From positions 15,915-79,914 of IMG/VR virus record IMGVR_UViG_3300025030_001282: DNA of 64,000 nt; one strand, 5' to 3'. This DNA comes from a virus. The number at the start of each line of letters is the position of its first letter. Position 1 is the stretch's first letter. The position numbers and the translations under genes are program-made. The notes under the pieces are model-generated. The model was not told the origin of the DNA and did not search any database. It saw only the letters and a program-made list of their open reading frames with translations. Shown here in pieces: positions 9,853 to 19,991 of this stretch.

Positions 9853-10565
9853 GCGACGAACAACAGGAGCTGAACGAGGCGGAAGACATGATCCGGCAAC
9901 TGCGCGAGAACTGCCGGATTCAGACCGAGCGGGCGGACGCCGCCGAGAAGGAGGTCAAGCGTCTGACAACGGAAATTCCGGTCCAGGCACTTATCACCCT
10001 CCCCTCCGGGCTCCCCGCGCCCGTGGAGAAGTATCGGCCCACCATGACCGAGGAGGTGCTGCACTATTGGGCAAAGGATGCCCAGGCGGAACTGGAGAAG
10101 TCGCGGGAGTTGCTGCGCCAGTTCACGGAAATCTGCCGGGAAGGGAACGCCCTCGGGCACCAGAAAACCGCCAAGATCGAAAGCCTGACCGAGGAAATCC
10201 AGCGGCTGCAGGGCCTCATGAGCGAAGCGCTGCACATTGAGAAACTGCACTTCGAGAATGGCAAGCTTGAACTTTCCGGTACCCACCCGCTCGGCGAAGC
10301 GGTGATCGCTGCCCTGGTATCGGTTTTCGCCTCCTCCTTTTCGGAAAACTACCTTGAGATGCAGGTATACCACCCGGAAGTCGGCCCGCTCGCGGTCGTA
10401 CTGCAGCGGCTCGAAGGCAAAACGCCTGCCCAAGTGGCGCAGGAACTGCGAGCGGTTGTCCGAGAGGCCGACGAGTACCTGGATACCAACAGCCTGACCA
10501 ATATCGGCCACGGCAGCATCCTGCACCAGAAGTTCAAGGCAGTCCTGCCGAAGAAGGCCGCGTAG
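9849..10565 (+). CDS. Hypothetical coiled-coil protein
   Basis: ATGA overlap start; heptad-rich sequence. Confidence 0.6.
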   Translation: MSDEQQELNEAEDMIRQLRENCRIQTERADAAEKEVKRLTTEIPVQALITLPSGLPAPVEKYRPTMTEEVLHYWAKDAQAELEKSRELLRQFTEICREGNALGHQKTAKIESLTEEIQRLQGLMSEALHIEKLHFENGKLELSGTHPLGEAVIAALVSVFASSFSENYLEMQVYHPEVGPLAVVLQRLEGKTPAQVAQELRAVVREADEYLDTNSLTNIGHGSILHQKFKAVLPKKAA

Positions 10566-11128
10566 TGGCGGAACCGAACTGGAAGGAGAAGCCCTGGCGT
10601 TCCCAGGAATACACCGATTTTATATCAGCCAAGCCGTGCTGCATCAAGAAGACGCCCGGCCCGAACGACCCCCATCACGAGCAGCTGCCCGGCCACGGCA
10701 CGATGGGAGGGAAATGCGGGGACGACCGGCAGATACCGCTCCGGCATGACCTACACGTAGAGCTGGAAGCACCAGGGAACAGCCGCCCGGCCTTTTGGGC
10801 AAAGTACGGCGTCGACCCGGAACAGGTGGTCGCCAAGTACAACGCCGAGTGGATCGCCCTGGGGAACAACTTCGACGAGAGCAGCTCCAAACCAAAACCG
10901 AAACGACGGGCGCGACCCGTCAGAGGACGACCGATGGCCAAGAAGAAACCGGAGCCGGAAATAGAGGTGCGGTGTGCGATCTGCGACCACCTCCACGGCA
11001 CCTTCACCAAGAAGACCATACCCAAGGGATTCATCTGCACCAGTTGCAGTACCGGGCAGAAAGTAGAGAAGCCGGATTGGGTGAGCCACACCAAGAAGCG
11101 CAACTACCCCGAGGGAGCGCTGCAGTAG
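10565..11128 (+). CDS. DUF968/HNH-like protein with C-terminal zinc ribbon
   Basis: WRS..Y..FI...PCC......DPHH....G.MGGKC.D...IPL...H pattern; CAIC and CTSC. Confidence 0.65.
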   Translation: MAEPNWKEKPWRSQEYTDFISAKPCCIKKTPGPNDPHHEQLPGHGTMGGKCGDDRQIPLRHDLHVELEAPGNSRPAFWAKYGVDPEQVVAKYNAEWIALGNNFDESSSKPKPKRRARPVRGRPMAKKKPEPEIEVRCAICDHLHGTFTKKTIPKGFICTSCSTGQKVEKPDWVSHTKKRNYPEGALQ

Positions 11129-11166
11129 GCAAAAACATTGATATACGCTACAGCAACAGGTACTCT
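11129..11166 (+). promoter_or_regulatory. Sigma70-type promoter of the portal operon, with the conserved motif at 11138-11153
   Basis: GCAAAAACA-TTGATA-17 nt-TACTCT. Confidence 0.75.
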
Positions 11167-11207
11167 TTGCGGTATTGGCTGGCAAAGCCTTACCGCAAGG
11201 AGCATTC

Positions 11208-12935
11208 ATGTTGAAACATAGCCTTTCCCTCCAGGGATTGTTTGAAGAATCGATGCAGATGCCGTCGGGGCTGATCGTCCCCAAGCACTCGGCCACCGAC
11301 TTCATCAAGTCACAAGCCAAGGAATTGCGCAAAGAGGAGAACAAGGCCCAATTTTTCTCCAAGTTCGCCCTCGCCCAAAACATGGTGTCTTACGGAGCCC
11401 GCGAAAAGCCCGCAGGCACCCCCATGATGCCCCTCCTCTACGAAGCCGCTGAAAAATCGTTTATCGACGCCATCCTGATCCGCGCCCGCGTTGACCAGAT
11501 GAAACGCATCTGGCAGAAGGCCAATAGCGGCAAGGCCAAAGAGGTCGGATTCCGCGTAGTCCACGACCGCCACGACGATCCGGACTACAAGGGGAGCAAG
11601 AACGACGACGAGCGCTGCAGGGAGATGGAGAAGCTGATCGCCAACCCCACGCCCGCCGAGTACAGCGAGCTGTACCCCCACCAGATCAGGCCCCACACCG
11701 GCATCAAAGACTTTGTATCCGTCTGCACCAAAGCCGAACTGATCATAGACCGGAAGGTTATGCTGCGCTACAAGCGCCGCGACGGCCAGGGCTATGCCGC
11801 CTACCACTGGCTCCCCGGCGAGACGATCAAGCCCGTGGACGAGAGCCTGAGAGCCTGGGCGAAGAAGAACGAAAAGGACGGGAAGGTCACCGCCGCCAGC
11901 ATCGAGAAAATGAGCTACGCGACCGGCTTCGACCTCGCCCGCTCGGCATACGTGCAGCTCGTGGACGGTATGATCGTGGGAGCCTACACCGACGAGGAGA
12001 TCAGCGTCCACATATCGAACCCCTCCGACCGGCTCAACCGGTTCGGCTACGGCACCAGCAAACTGGAGCTCTCCCTGGACGTGACCACCACGCTGCTGAT
12101 GGCCTGGACTTATAACAAGGAGATGTTCAAAACCAACTACCCTGAAGCGATCATGACCATCGCGGGGGACTTTGACGCCGAGGGGCTCCAGGCATTCAAG
12201 CAGCAGATGATGAGCGAGGCGGGCGGAGTCGGGAACAACTGGCGGCTGCCGATCATCCCGGCAGGCGAGATGGACAGCTTCAAGCTGGAAACCCACAAGC
12301 TGCGCGACACACCGAAGGACATGCTGTTCGATACCCTTTTCCGCATGCTGGTCATGTTCAAGGCAGCGGCATACGGAGCCCACCCGAGCACGCTGAACCT
12401 GGAGATGGACTCCGGCCAGGGCGGCGGCTCGCTGAATTCCCCGGACCCGGCAAGCGAGATAGAATTCAGCAAGGAACAGGGACTCATGCCCGCCCTGGGC
12501 GACCTCTGCGATTGGCAGACCGACGCGATCGTGAAGCCGAGGTACGACGACCTGAAGATTGTTATCGTCGGCCTGAATCCCGAGGACGAGAAGCAAGCGA
12601 CGGAAATCCGAGTACAGAAGGTCGGCAAGTGGAAGACGAAGAACGAGGCCAGGATGGAGGAAGGGGACCAACCGCTGGGTTTCTATCTCCCCCCCGAGCA
12701 GTACAACAAGCTGCAGGAAGGCGACCCGAAGAAGGAGCAGTACGACGCCAACCCGTGGAACTACCCGGCAGACGTCCCTATCCCCAACTACCTCAACACC
12801 TTCCAGATGCTGGCACAGCCGCAGGATGATGGAGAGGAGGACGACCAGGGCCAGCCAGTCCAGAAGGCGCTGCGCAAGGCCAAGCGGCCCGCCCCCGTCA
12901 AGTTCCTCCACATCGACCTGGAGGACCAGCTGTGA
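11208..12935 (+). CDS. Phage portal protein
   Basis: SPO1/Twort-like portal features (YG.S.LE, A.YG..P..LN..., SKEQGL.P.L, T.NE.R). AAGGAG RBS favours ATG 11208. Confidence 0.85.
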   Translation: MLKHSLSLQGLFEESMQMPSGLIVPKHSATDFIKSQAKELRKEENKAQFFSKFALAQNMVSYGAREKPAGTPMMPLLYEAAEKSFIDAILIRARVDQMKRIWQKANSGKAKEVGFRVVHDRHDDPDYKGSKNDDERCREMEKLIANPTPAEYSELYPHQIRPHTGIKDFVSVCTKAELIIDRKVMLRYKRRDGQGYAAYHWLPGETIKPVDESLRAWAKKNEKDGKVTAASIEKMSYATGFDLARSAYVQLVDGMIVGAYTDEEISVHISNPSDRLNRFGYGTSKLELSLDVTTTLLMAWTYNKEMFKTNYPEAIMTIAGDFDAEGLQAFKQQMMSEAGGVGNNWRLPIIPAGEMDSFKLETHKLRDTPKDMLFDTLFRMLVMFKAAAYGAHPSTLNLEMDSGQGGGSLNSPDPASEIEFSKEQGLMPALGDLCDWQTDAIVKPRYDDLKIVIVGLNPEDEKQATEIRVQKVGKWKTKNEARMEEGDQPLGFYLPPEQYNKLQEGDPKKEQYDANPWNYPADVPIPNYLNTFQMLAQPQDDGEEDDQGQPVQKALRKAKRPAPVKFLHIDLEDQL

Positions 12936-13057
12936 GAACCACACTTTTACAAAGGAGATATCGTGTCAACTGGGAATCCAAATGGCATAAACACATATAT
13001 AACAGAGAAGTAAACAGTTCGGCGCAGGTAGTTACTGCATAAGAGGATGAAAGCAAT

Positions 13058-14587
13058 ATGGCAACCGAATACTCACTCCTAACCTGCCTTGGCCTCTCCA
13101 CTGCCGTGACGCTTTCCACCTCTACGGACGCGGTGACACTGGCTAATCACGGGATGCCGGTCGGTCATGCGTTTCGGTTTCTTGCCACGTCCACCACTCT
13201 CCCTTCTATAGGCGGGGTACAGGTCAGCCCGGACACCACCTATTACGTCTCCGCGAGCTCCCTTGCCGCCGGCACGTTTCTCATCTCCTCGATGGCAGAC
13301 GGTTCCGACGCGCTCGACATTACGGCGGCGGGATCTGCTGTCAAGATCGTGGGTGAGTATTGGGCATCGAGGACGGTCGACCAAAAGGCACGATACGGCA
13401 CGGCGGGAAGTGAGCGGGTTTATGCGGGGATGAACGCCGCCGATACCGCCATTGACGCCATGACCACCGATTACTCCAAAGACATCGTGATAGAAGTTTA
13501 TGACGCTTGGACGGACTACCAGGGCGGTGGTGTCGGTGCCGACTTCGCCTTCAAGTGGCGATCCATGACCGTCCATTCCAAAGTGGGGACGACGCGAACG
13601 CCTGCATATCATGTCGGGGTGTTTGGTGCAGGCTACGTGCTGCAGACTCCGTCCCAGGTGACGCAGCTGCTTTACCGTGGCATGACTTTCACCGTTGACG
13701 GCTTAGAGTTTTTGGGCACTGCAGCATCACCTACGACCGGAGCGGCAGTCAGAGCATTCGCACTGAATTGTACAGTTCGGAATTGCCTTGCCTATGGCGG
13801 GTACTACGGAATATGGGCTACCGCTGTAGGCGCTGTCGCGCATCACAATGTGGTGATTTCTGCCGTAAAGGGGATACAGCATAATTCCTCGAATGCTGCG
13901 GATACGGCGCAATGCTACAACAACATCGTCGCTAAATGTACCGATGGATTCGTAAATACTGGGGGATCATACACGCCATCCTGGAATAACATAGCCATAG
14001 GCTGCACAAATCCTTGGTCTGCTGCACCCACAAACTGCTTTCTTGGCAACAATGCTTCTGACAATGGCACACCGTGGGGGACAAGTCCAGTCACTCTGGC
14101 GGCGGACTTTTCAGATTTTATGGACTATGCGAATAACGATTTCCGCCCCGCAACTGCTTCAAAATTGCAGGTCAACTCGGGCATCACGTTGGAGGGAGTT
14201 GCAACAACAGACATTGCCGATCATACGGTGCCGAACTACCAAGCATCAACTTATCCCAACAACGTTATCGACATCGGTGCCTTTGAGTTCGACCACGGGG
14301 AGGGGCTTGCACCTCAGCAAGTCACCATCTCCCTGACCGGCATGGTCCAGGGCTCCGTTCTCGGCATCTACAAAGACAGCGACGGCAGCGAGATTGTAGC
14401 GCCAACAACCATAGGCGCGTCCGGTTCCCACTCCCTTACCTACAGCTACACCGGAGACACAGCGATCACCGTCAAGGTCCGCAAGGGCTCCGCTGCGCCG
14501 AAATACCTGCCCTATCAATACAGCGGCACCATTACCACTACAGGATTCAGCCTCAACGTCTCGCAGATTCCAGACACGATAGCATAG
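13058..14587 (+). CDS. Putative virion protein with a parallel beta-helix (pectin-lyase-like) domain
   Basis: Repeated V.NC/HNV/YNNI/WNNI strands; D..G...DIGAFE terminal motif; Thr/Gly/Ser-rich. Confidence 0.65.
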   Translation: MATEYSLLTCLGLSTAVTLSTSTDAVTLANHGMPVGHAFRFLATSTTLPSIGGVQVSPDTTYYVSASSLAAGTFLISSMADGSDALDITAAGSAVKIVGEYWASRTVDQKARYGTAGSERVYAGMNAADTAIDAMTTDYSKDIVIEVYDAWTDYQGGGVGADFAFKWRSMTVHSKVGTTRTPAYHVGVFGAGYVLQTPSQVTQLLYRGMTFTVDGLEFLGTAASPTTGAAVRAFALNCTVRNCLAYGGYYGIWATAVGAVAHHNVVISAVKGIQHNSSNAADTAQCYNNIVAKCTDGFVNTGGSYTPSWNNIAIGCTNPWSAAPTNCFLGNNASDNGTPWGTSPVTLAADFSDFMDYANNDFRPATASKLQVNSGITLEGVATTDIADHTVPNYQASTYPNNVIDIGAFEFDHGEGLAPQQVTISLTGMVQGSVLGIYKDSDGSEIVAPTTIGASGSHSLTYSYTGDTAITVKVRKGSAAPKYLPYQYSGTITTTGFSLNVSQIPDTIA

Positions 14588-14596
14588 GAGAGCATC

Positions 14597-15967
14597 ATGG
14601 CTATTCAAGACGATTTCAGCCTCAACTACACCACCAAGAAGATCAGCCACGCCAGCGGATCAACCCGCTACACGGTCAACGCCTTTTACTCCTGGCTCAT
14701 GGATCTGTTTGACGATGCGGGTCAGATTGACGATTCCGTGCCGGTGAAAGCGAACACCCCGACCGAGTACGAGCTTATCAACGGGTGGGAGTTCAACGCC
14801 GATTCAGATCTGGAGTACCTGTATGGCGGCTCCATCATCGTCAACAAGGGCGGCGGGAATGACATCTGGGCGAACTTCTACACGCTCGGCTCCATCAATG
14901 CAGGGTCCGTGGTCTACTGGCAGCAGGGTGCGGCCCTCGTTGCTTCTCATGCCGGATACAGCACCGGCCATATTGACCAGCTTATCAAGGTCGCGGCAGC
15001 AGGGGTGGACAATGACAGCAAAAAAGTCACCGCCTACATCCGCAACCTGGGCGACAGCTACGACCATTTCCAAGTCACGGCAACGGCGACCGGTGGACGA
15101 AACCCCGTCCCGCTGGCGACCTCCACCGACCTCAACGACGATGCAGCAACGGCGTCCATCGGCACCATGACCGTCGCTTTCGGTACGGTCAGCCGGGACA
15201 TTGGCGACGGCAACGGGGCGCAGAACTACGATGTGGAGGTTGACGCCACCGGCTATACCTGTGCTCAGGCGTACAAACTGCTCAAGTACCACACGCGCAG
15301 GCAAGCAACTGGTGCAGTCGGCACCGGCAACACGACTGCCGGGAGGTTCTACCAGGCTGCAAACGGGGCTTACTCGGCAGTCAAGGCCGCGCCCTTTGGC
15401 ACTTTCGCGGGCGGGAAATTCTTTGGTGCTAGAGGCGTCTGGTTGAAAGGGGTTGCCGACCCTATGCAGATGCAGTTGATCGACGCTGGAGGGACCGTCA
15501 GGACGCCGCCCGTATCGATCTCTGTTGCTGTCTCCGGCGTCGTTGCTGGTGACAGGGTGCTGGTTGCCAGATCCTCGGCAGGGACGGTCAACAAGAGCCA
15601 GTTTACCATTGCCAGCGTCACGGCCAATACCATCGTGGCAACGGTGCCGATTCCTACTGACGTACCGGCAACCGGAGTCATCCGCGTGGGAGACACCCGC
15701 TACACCTACAGCGGCAAATCTGGCTCCACGTTCACAGGGGTGGCACCGAATCCGACTGGCAGCACAGGCGACTTCTACGTGCCGTTGATCGACACCGATG
15801 CAGCAGGAACGACTGTGACAGCACCGGCCATAACCTATCTGGCCGATTTCGATGTCATAGCGAGGGTGCGCAAAAAGGGCATCCTGCCGTTTGAAAACAC
15901 CGGCTCCGTCACCAACGCCGGATTGACCATCAGCGCAATCAGGACCGCCGACACCATAGCGGTCTAA
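14597..15967 (+). CDS. Putative virion structural protein (beta-rich)
   Basis: AGGAG RBS; T/G/A-rich; the C-terminal VRK+G...P motif is shared with the preceding gene. Confidence 0.65.
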   Translation: MAIQDDFSLNYTTKKISHASGSTRYTVNAFYSWLMDLFDDAGQIDDSVPVKANTPTEYELINGWEFNADSDLEYLYGGSIIVNKGGGNDIWANFYTLGSINAGSVVYWQQGAALVASHAGYSTGHIDQLIKVAAAGVDNDSKKVTAYIRNLGDSYDHFQVTATATGGRNPVPLATSTDLNDDAATASIGTMTVAFGTVSRDIGDGNGAQNYDVEVDATGYTCAQAYKLLKYHTRRQATGAVGTGNTTAGRFYQAANGAYSAVKAAPFGTFAGGKFFGARGVWLKGVADPMQMQLIDAGGTVRTPPVSISVAVSGVVAGDRVLVARSSAGTVNKSQFTIASVTANTIVATVPIPTDVPATGVIRVGDTRYTYSGKSGSTFTGVAPNPTGSTGDFYVPLIDTDAAGTTVTAPAITYLADFDVIARVRKKGILPFENTGSVTNAGLTISAIRTADTIAV

Positions 15968-15979
15968 TCGGAGGCTCCA

Positions 15980-16558
15980 TTGATTTACGCCTACGATTTC
16001 AGCCAGAAGATAATCACCATCGCAGAGAGTCAATCGCCGCTGCTGGTGATTGACCTGCTCTCAGACATCAGGGAAGCGGAAGCATCCGCCCAAGGGATTA
16101 CCTATGGAAGCATCGCCAGCGCCAGCGGAAAAGAAAGCCTCGGAAGTGGTGTCAGTGTCGGTGTCACCGTCAACCTACTGGACGATTGGCAGATTCGATT
16201 CGAGGCGGGAAATTACATCGCCAAAATCTCCGGCGGCAACCTCGTCGGAGGATTCGGTGGAGACCCTGTAGCATACTCAGCGGGGGTCCAGGTGCTCCTG
16301 ATTCAGAGTACAGCGTCCACCGTGGTCACGCAGTCAACCGGCAGCGGGTTATCTGCCGAACAGGACGCTACTTTGACGGCGGCACTCCAGGCGGCGCAAG
16401 GGGCGAACACTCAGGCTACCAAGGGCCGCAAGATGCAAACGAACAAGGCCATTGTCTCAGGTGACGGGTTGTTTGTCAGCATCTATGACGACGATGGGTT
16501 GACGCTGCTCCAGTCGTTCACGATCAGCTCGGACAAGAACACGAGGACACCCGCATGA
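15980..16558 (+). CDS. Hypothetical, probably structural, protein
   Basis: GGAGG RBS, TTG start. Confidence 0.6.
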   Translation: MIYAYDFSQKIITIAESQSPLLVIDLLSDIREAEASAQGITYGSIASASGKESLGSGVSVGVTVNLLDDWQIRFEAGNYIAKISGGNLVGGFGGDPVAYSAGVQVLLIQSTASTVVTQSTGSGLSAEQDATLTAALQAAQGANTQATKGRKMQTNKAIVSGDGLFVSIYDDDGLTLLQSFTISSDKNTRTPA

Positions 16559-16842
16559 TCTATCCTGACTGGCTAGGGACAGATGATGTCTACGATAAGC
16601 GTAAACCGGCAGCAGCAGTTGTTGCCCAAATAGCATCCCACGGCAGCAAGATAATTATTAAGGCATACAAAAGCCACCAGATGCCAGCCGTGGTCACTGC
16701 TCAATATCCACGGACAAAGACCACAGCAAAACTGCTAATCGTCGCAGCAATAGCAGTCAGAACAACCGTACTTCAGGGTATCCAAATGGCAGGAGGCAGC
16801 AGACAGCCCTCACGACTGAAAAGCGTGAAGCAAATACTTTGA
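16555..16842 (+). CDS. Hypothetical protein
   Basis: ATGA overlap; A-rich low-GC codons. Confidence 0.45.
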   Translation: MIYPDWLGTDDVYDKRKPAAAVVAQIASHGSKIIIKAYKSHQMPAVVTAQYPRTKTTAKLLIVAAIAVRTTVLQGIQMAGGSRQPSRLKSVKQIL

Positions 16843-16857
16843 TCAACAGGAGCGCCA

Positions 16858-17397
16858 ATGCTTACAATAACATTCGAAAACCCTGTCCCCAGCGCCAATG
16901 AGGATGCTGCCATTGGAGTGATTTGGTATGCCTCCATAGACGGTGGTTCATTCGCCGAACTTGGAAGGAGCCTATTAAGCGAAATCCAAATGGACACTGT
17001 GACTGGACAATATATCTGGCAAATGGTTAACGCAGACCCAGCACAGTATCAGTTAATAAAGACCTACAGCGCAGCCGGAGTCCAAAGTTTTGTAGGGTCG
17101 CTCCTGCCCCCCTTGCCGCCAAACCCAAGCCTGCAAAATCTGTTTGGCTACGTGAAAGAGTTGGGCACCGCCTGGGCAAATGGAGATGAGGTGGCTGTAA
17201 GACCTATGGTCGACCAAACGGCAAACGGCGCACTTCTGACGGCATCCTGCAGGAAAACTGTCGTTTCATCTAATGGTATATTCACACTACTTGTCGACAA
17301 GGGTGCAAGGGTGATGATTACGATAGGCACCTACTTTAGTAAAGAAATTACGATTACTGAGCATGACACGAGAGATATTACAGAGTATTTGAGATAG
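16858..17397 (+). CDS. Hypothetical protein
   Basis: AGGAG RBS; low GC. Confidence 0.6.
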   Translation: MLTITFENPVPSANEDAAIGVIWYASIDGGSFAELGRSLLSEIQMDTVTGQYIWQMVNADPAQYQLIKTYSAAGVQSFVGSLLPPLPPNPSLQNLFGYVKELGTAWANGDEVAVRPMVDQTANGALLTASCRKTVVSSNGIFTLLVDKGARVMITIGTYFSKEITITEHDTRDITEYLR

Positions 17398-17410
17398 AGG
17401 TGCCCAGATC

Positions 17411-17656
17411 ATGAGTGCTACCATCAGCCATAACCTGGACGACGAGGAGCTGATCAAGGCCCTCGCCGCCCTGGCCGACGACTCCGGAATAAGCGAGGAG
17501 CTGCAGAAGGCCATCAGACGGAAGGCCTGCGACGACGAGCCGAAGGAGCCCAGGCACCCGGCTATGCGGCACCTGTACCGCCTGTTCCTGCGACAGCACC
17601 AGGAGGCCCTGCGGGATATCGAGCGCTACGCGCAGCAGATCATGGAGGAACAGTGA
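17411..17656 (+). CDS. Small head-associated hypothetical protein
   Basis: GAGG RBS; carries LIKA and LQKA motifs like the other head proteins. Confidence 0.6.
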   Translation: MSATISHNLDDEELIKALAALADDSGISEELQKAIRRKACDDEPKEPRHPAMRHLYRLFLRQHQEALRDIERYAQQIMEEQ

Positions 17657-18147
17657 GTATGACAGGCAACCCCGAGCAAAAGACAATTGCACACGGATAT
17701 TGCCATTGTGGGTGCGGCCAAAAAACAGAAATCGCAAAGAGCGGGCGGCATGAGTGCGGCTGGATCAAGGGCGAGCCCAAGGCTTACACCAGGACCAACA
17801 CCAGGGGTACGGTGAGCCACATCGAGCAGAAAGGGGCACCGGAGCAGCCGGTAACGATTCAAGCAGCAAATCCTGGCAAACGCTACGCCATACCCCCGCC
17901 CCCCGCTGCAGACCAGCAGAGAACGGCGGCAGCAGCGATGGTCAAGCCCGAAATGACGCTTGCCCAGATCAGGGCGGCCATTGAGACACAGCACGTCTCA
18001 ACTGAAGACTTTATCGGCGACCTTGAACCGGGTCAGACCACCATCCTGCGCACGACCACGGGGGACACACAGCGGGTGAAGATTGTCCCGGAAGGAAGAG
18101 TACCGAACCCGGCACTGGCCAAACCGATTAGAAGGACCAAGGCATGA
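17653..18147 (+). CDS. Hypothetical protein with an N-terminal CxCGCG motif
   Basis: GYCHCGCGQKT, as seen in HNH-associated modules; no nuclease domain is recognisable. Confidence 0.55.
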   Translation: MSMTGNPEQKTIAHGYCHCGCGQKTEIAKSGRHECGWIKGEPKAYTRTNTRGTVSHIEQKGAPEQPVTIQAANPGKRYAIPPPPAADQQRTAAAAMVKPEMTLAQIRAAIETQHVSTEDFIGDLEPGQTTILRTTTGDTQRVKIVPEGRVPNPALAKPIRRTKA

Positions 18148-19151
18148 CCCCAGAACAGCTCCGCAGGCTACAGCAGGCGATCACCGACCGCTACGAGTTC
18201 ATAGCAGCCCAGATGGATGAAGGATACCAGCCGGACTCGGCGCAGCTCATGCGCTGGCAACGGCTGGGCCTCGTCCCGGAGGATATCACGCCGGAGACGT
18301 TCGCCCTGTCGGTCCCCCCCGAGATGCACATGCTGCGCAACGCCTTTGTCCTGGGGCGCATGGCGGAAGCCGTGGAGCAGGGGGAGAGCTTCGACCAGGT
18401 GATGCACCTCGCCGTCCAGATGCCCCTGAAGAAGCCGGACCTTGCCGCCATCGCAATGGCAGAGCAGCACGCCGGGATCTACATCAGGAACTTCGCGGGC
18501 GACGTGGCCACCGAGGCAGGAAAGCTTTGGGCTAAGGAGCAAGGCGAGCGCGTGCGGCAGATGGCCATCGACTTCCACAGCCAAACGCTGCAAGCCAAGG
18601 TGCTAGACGTGGAGAGGAAGCTGGACGCGGGAATCCCCATCCCGCAGAAGCAGGTCACGACGTGGCAGCAGTTCGGTAGCGAGCTGCACCACACGATGGA
18701 AGACAAGGCCAGGGACTGGCAGCGAGTGGCATACACCGAGCTGACCGACACGGGGAAGAAGGGAGAGGCGCTCAGGATCCTGGAGCTGCACGGCCCGGAC
18801 GTCCTGGTCTACAAGAAGCCCATGCCGACCGCCTGCGCCCAATGCAAGCACGCCTATCTACTGGCCGACAGCAAGACGCCCAGGCTGTTCCGCCTGCGCG
18901 ATCTGCTGGAGAACGCGAGCAACGTCGGCAGGAAGGCGCACCCGACTAGGAAAGGAAAAGTTGTAGCAGGGGGGAGAGAGGACGGGCAGGAAGCAGTAAA
19001 GGCCGTGGCGGGGGTCATGCACCCCTGGTGCCAGTGCGGAGGCCCCTACGTGGCTACAGGATACGAACCTTGGTTGACAGAGAAGCAGAAGGAGTTGGTG
19101 AAGCAGAGCCGAGCACAGAGAATTCCGCCTCGACCACCACAGGAGGCGTGA
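18144..19151 (+). CDS. MuF/SPP1 gp7-like minor head protein
   Basis: RDWQRVAYTE...ACAQC...HPWCQC motifs; lies downstream of the portal. Confidence 0.75.
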   Translation: MTPEQLRRLQQAITDRYEFIAAQMDEGYQPDSAQLMRWQRLGLVPEDITPETFALSVPPEMHMLRNAFVLGRMAEAVEQGESFDQVMHLAVQMPLKKPDLAAIAMAEQHAGIYIRNFAGDVATEAGKLWAKEQGERVRQMAIDFHSQTLQAKVLDVERKLDAGIPIPQKQVTTWQQFGSELHHTMEDKARDWQRVAYTELTDTGKKGEALRILELHGPDVLVYKKPMPTACAQCKHAYLLADSKTPRLFRLRDLLENASNVGRKAHPTRKGKVVAGGREDGQEAVKAVAGVMHPWCQCGGPYVATGYEPWLTEKQKELVKQSRAQRIPPRPPQEA

Positions 19152-19273
19152 AGCGGACGCAAATAGAGATCGCAAGCGGCCCGGATTGAGAAACCCCCAT
19201 GCGCACCAACGGCACATCGGGCAACCCACCGGGCCGAAGTACTTCCCCCTCCAGCACACGGACAGCCGGAACG

Positions 19274-19456
19274 CTACTCCGGTTCATGGCCGCACACCGA
19301 GCAACGAGCATCACTCTCCAACTCAGCTAGACACCCTGGGCAGCGCCCGGCAATATGATGCCTTCCGCCACCGCACGCCGGACAAAAGCCAGCCTCGGTT
19401 GGATAATCGTACTCGTGCCCGCAGTCTTCACATTTAAAAACGCCCACACACGACAT
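19274..19456 (-). CDS. Small double zinc-ribbon protein
   Basis: Four CxxC pairs in 60 aa. Confidence 0.5.
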   Translation of the reverse strand: MSCVGVFKCEDCGHEYDYPTEAGFCPACGGGRHHIAGRCPGCLAELESDARCSVCGHEPE

Positions 19457-19507
19457 GCGGGCGACTATATCAGAGGAATGAGGACACGTCTAGAAAGGAT
19501 GCAAAGT

Positions 19508-19924
19508 TTACTTTACGGGGACGGGAGCAACGGCTTTAGGGTTTGGGGGGATGGAGCTAAACGAGAACACTATTTTTTGGCCGCCCAGGGCTGTTTCGTA
19601 GGAATAGGCACCCTTCCCTATGACCACCCCAGAATAGAAATTCATGGGCGCACTGGCTTTACCGAAATCGACCATAGCAAATGGGGCAGAGTCAGACATT
19701 GCCGAATAAATACCCTGGCTTTTGTTCAACAGATACACCAAGCGTCCCATATATCTGAAACATTTTCCGGTGCTGTCATATGGGTTTACCGAGACGAGCT
19801 TGATCATGGGCTCTATGCCACCAGGACACATCTTGTCCGCTTCACTTGCGGTAGATTGCCCAGCGTCCTGCGCCCACGCAGGCAAAGCAACGAGTAACAG
19901 CAGACTGGCGACGAACCACTTCAT
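19508..19924 (-). CDS. Secreted/periplasmic hypothetical protein (moron-like)
   Basis: Signal peptide MKWFVASLLLLVALPAWA-; GGAGG RBS; lower GC. Confidence 0.7.
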   Translation of the reverse strand: MKWFVASLLLLVALPAWAQDAGQSTASEADKMCPGGIEPMIKLVSVNPYDSTGKCFRYMGRLVYLLNKSQGIYSAMSDSAPFAMVDFGKASAPMNFYSGVVIGKGAYSYETALGGQKIVFSFSSIPPNPKAVAPVPVK

Positions 19925-19991
19925 GATATCCCTCCCTGGTACGTAATTAAATCATAACGCGGGGGACTATAGCAGAGGAGAAGGCCCACGT

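Noticed and set aside
19355-19897. 180-aa + strand ORF
   Set aside because: It is antisense to the signal-peptide-bearing 19508-19924 gene, which has the RBS.
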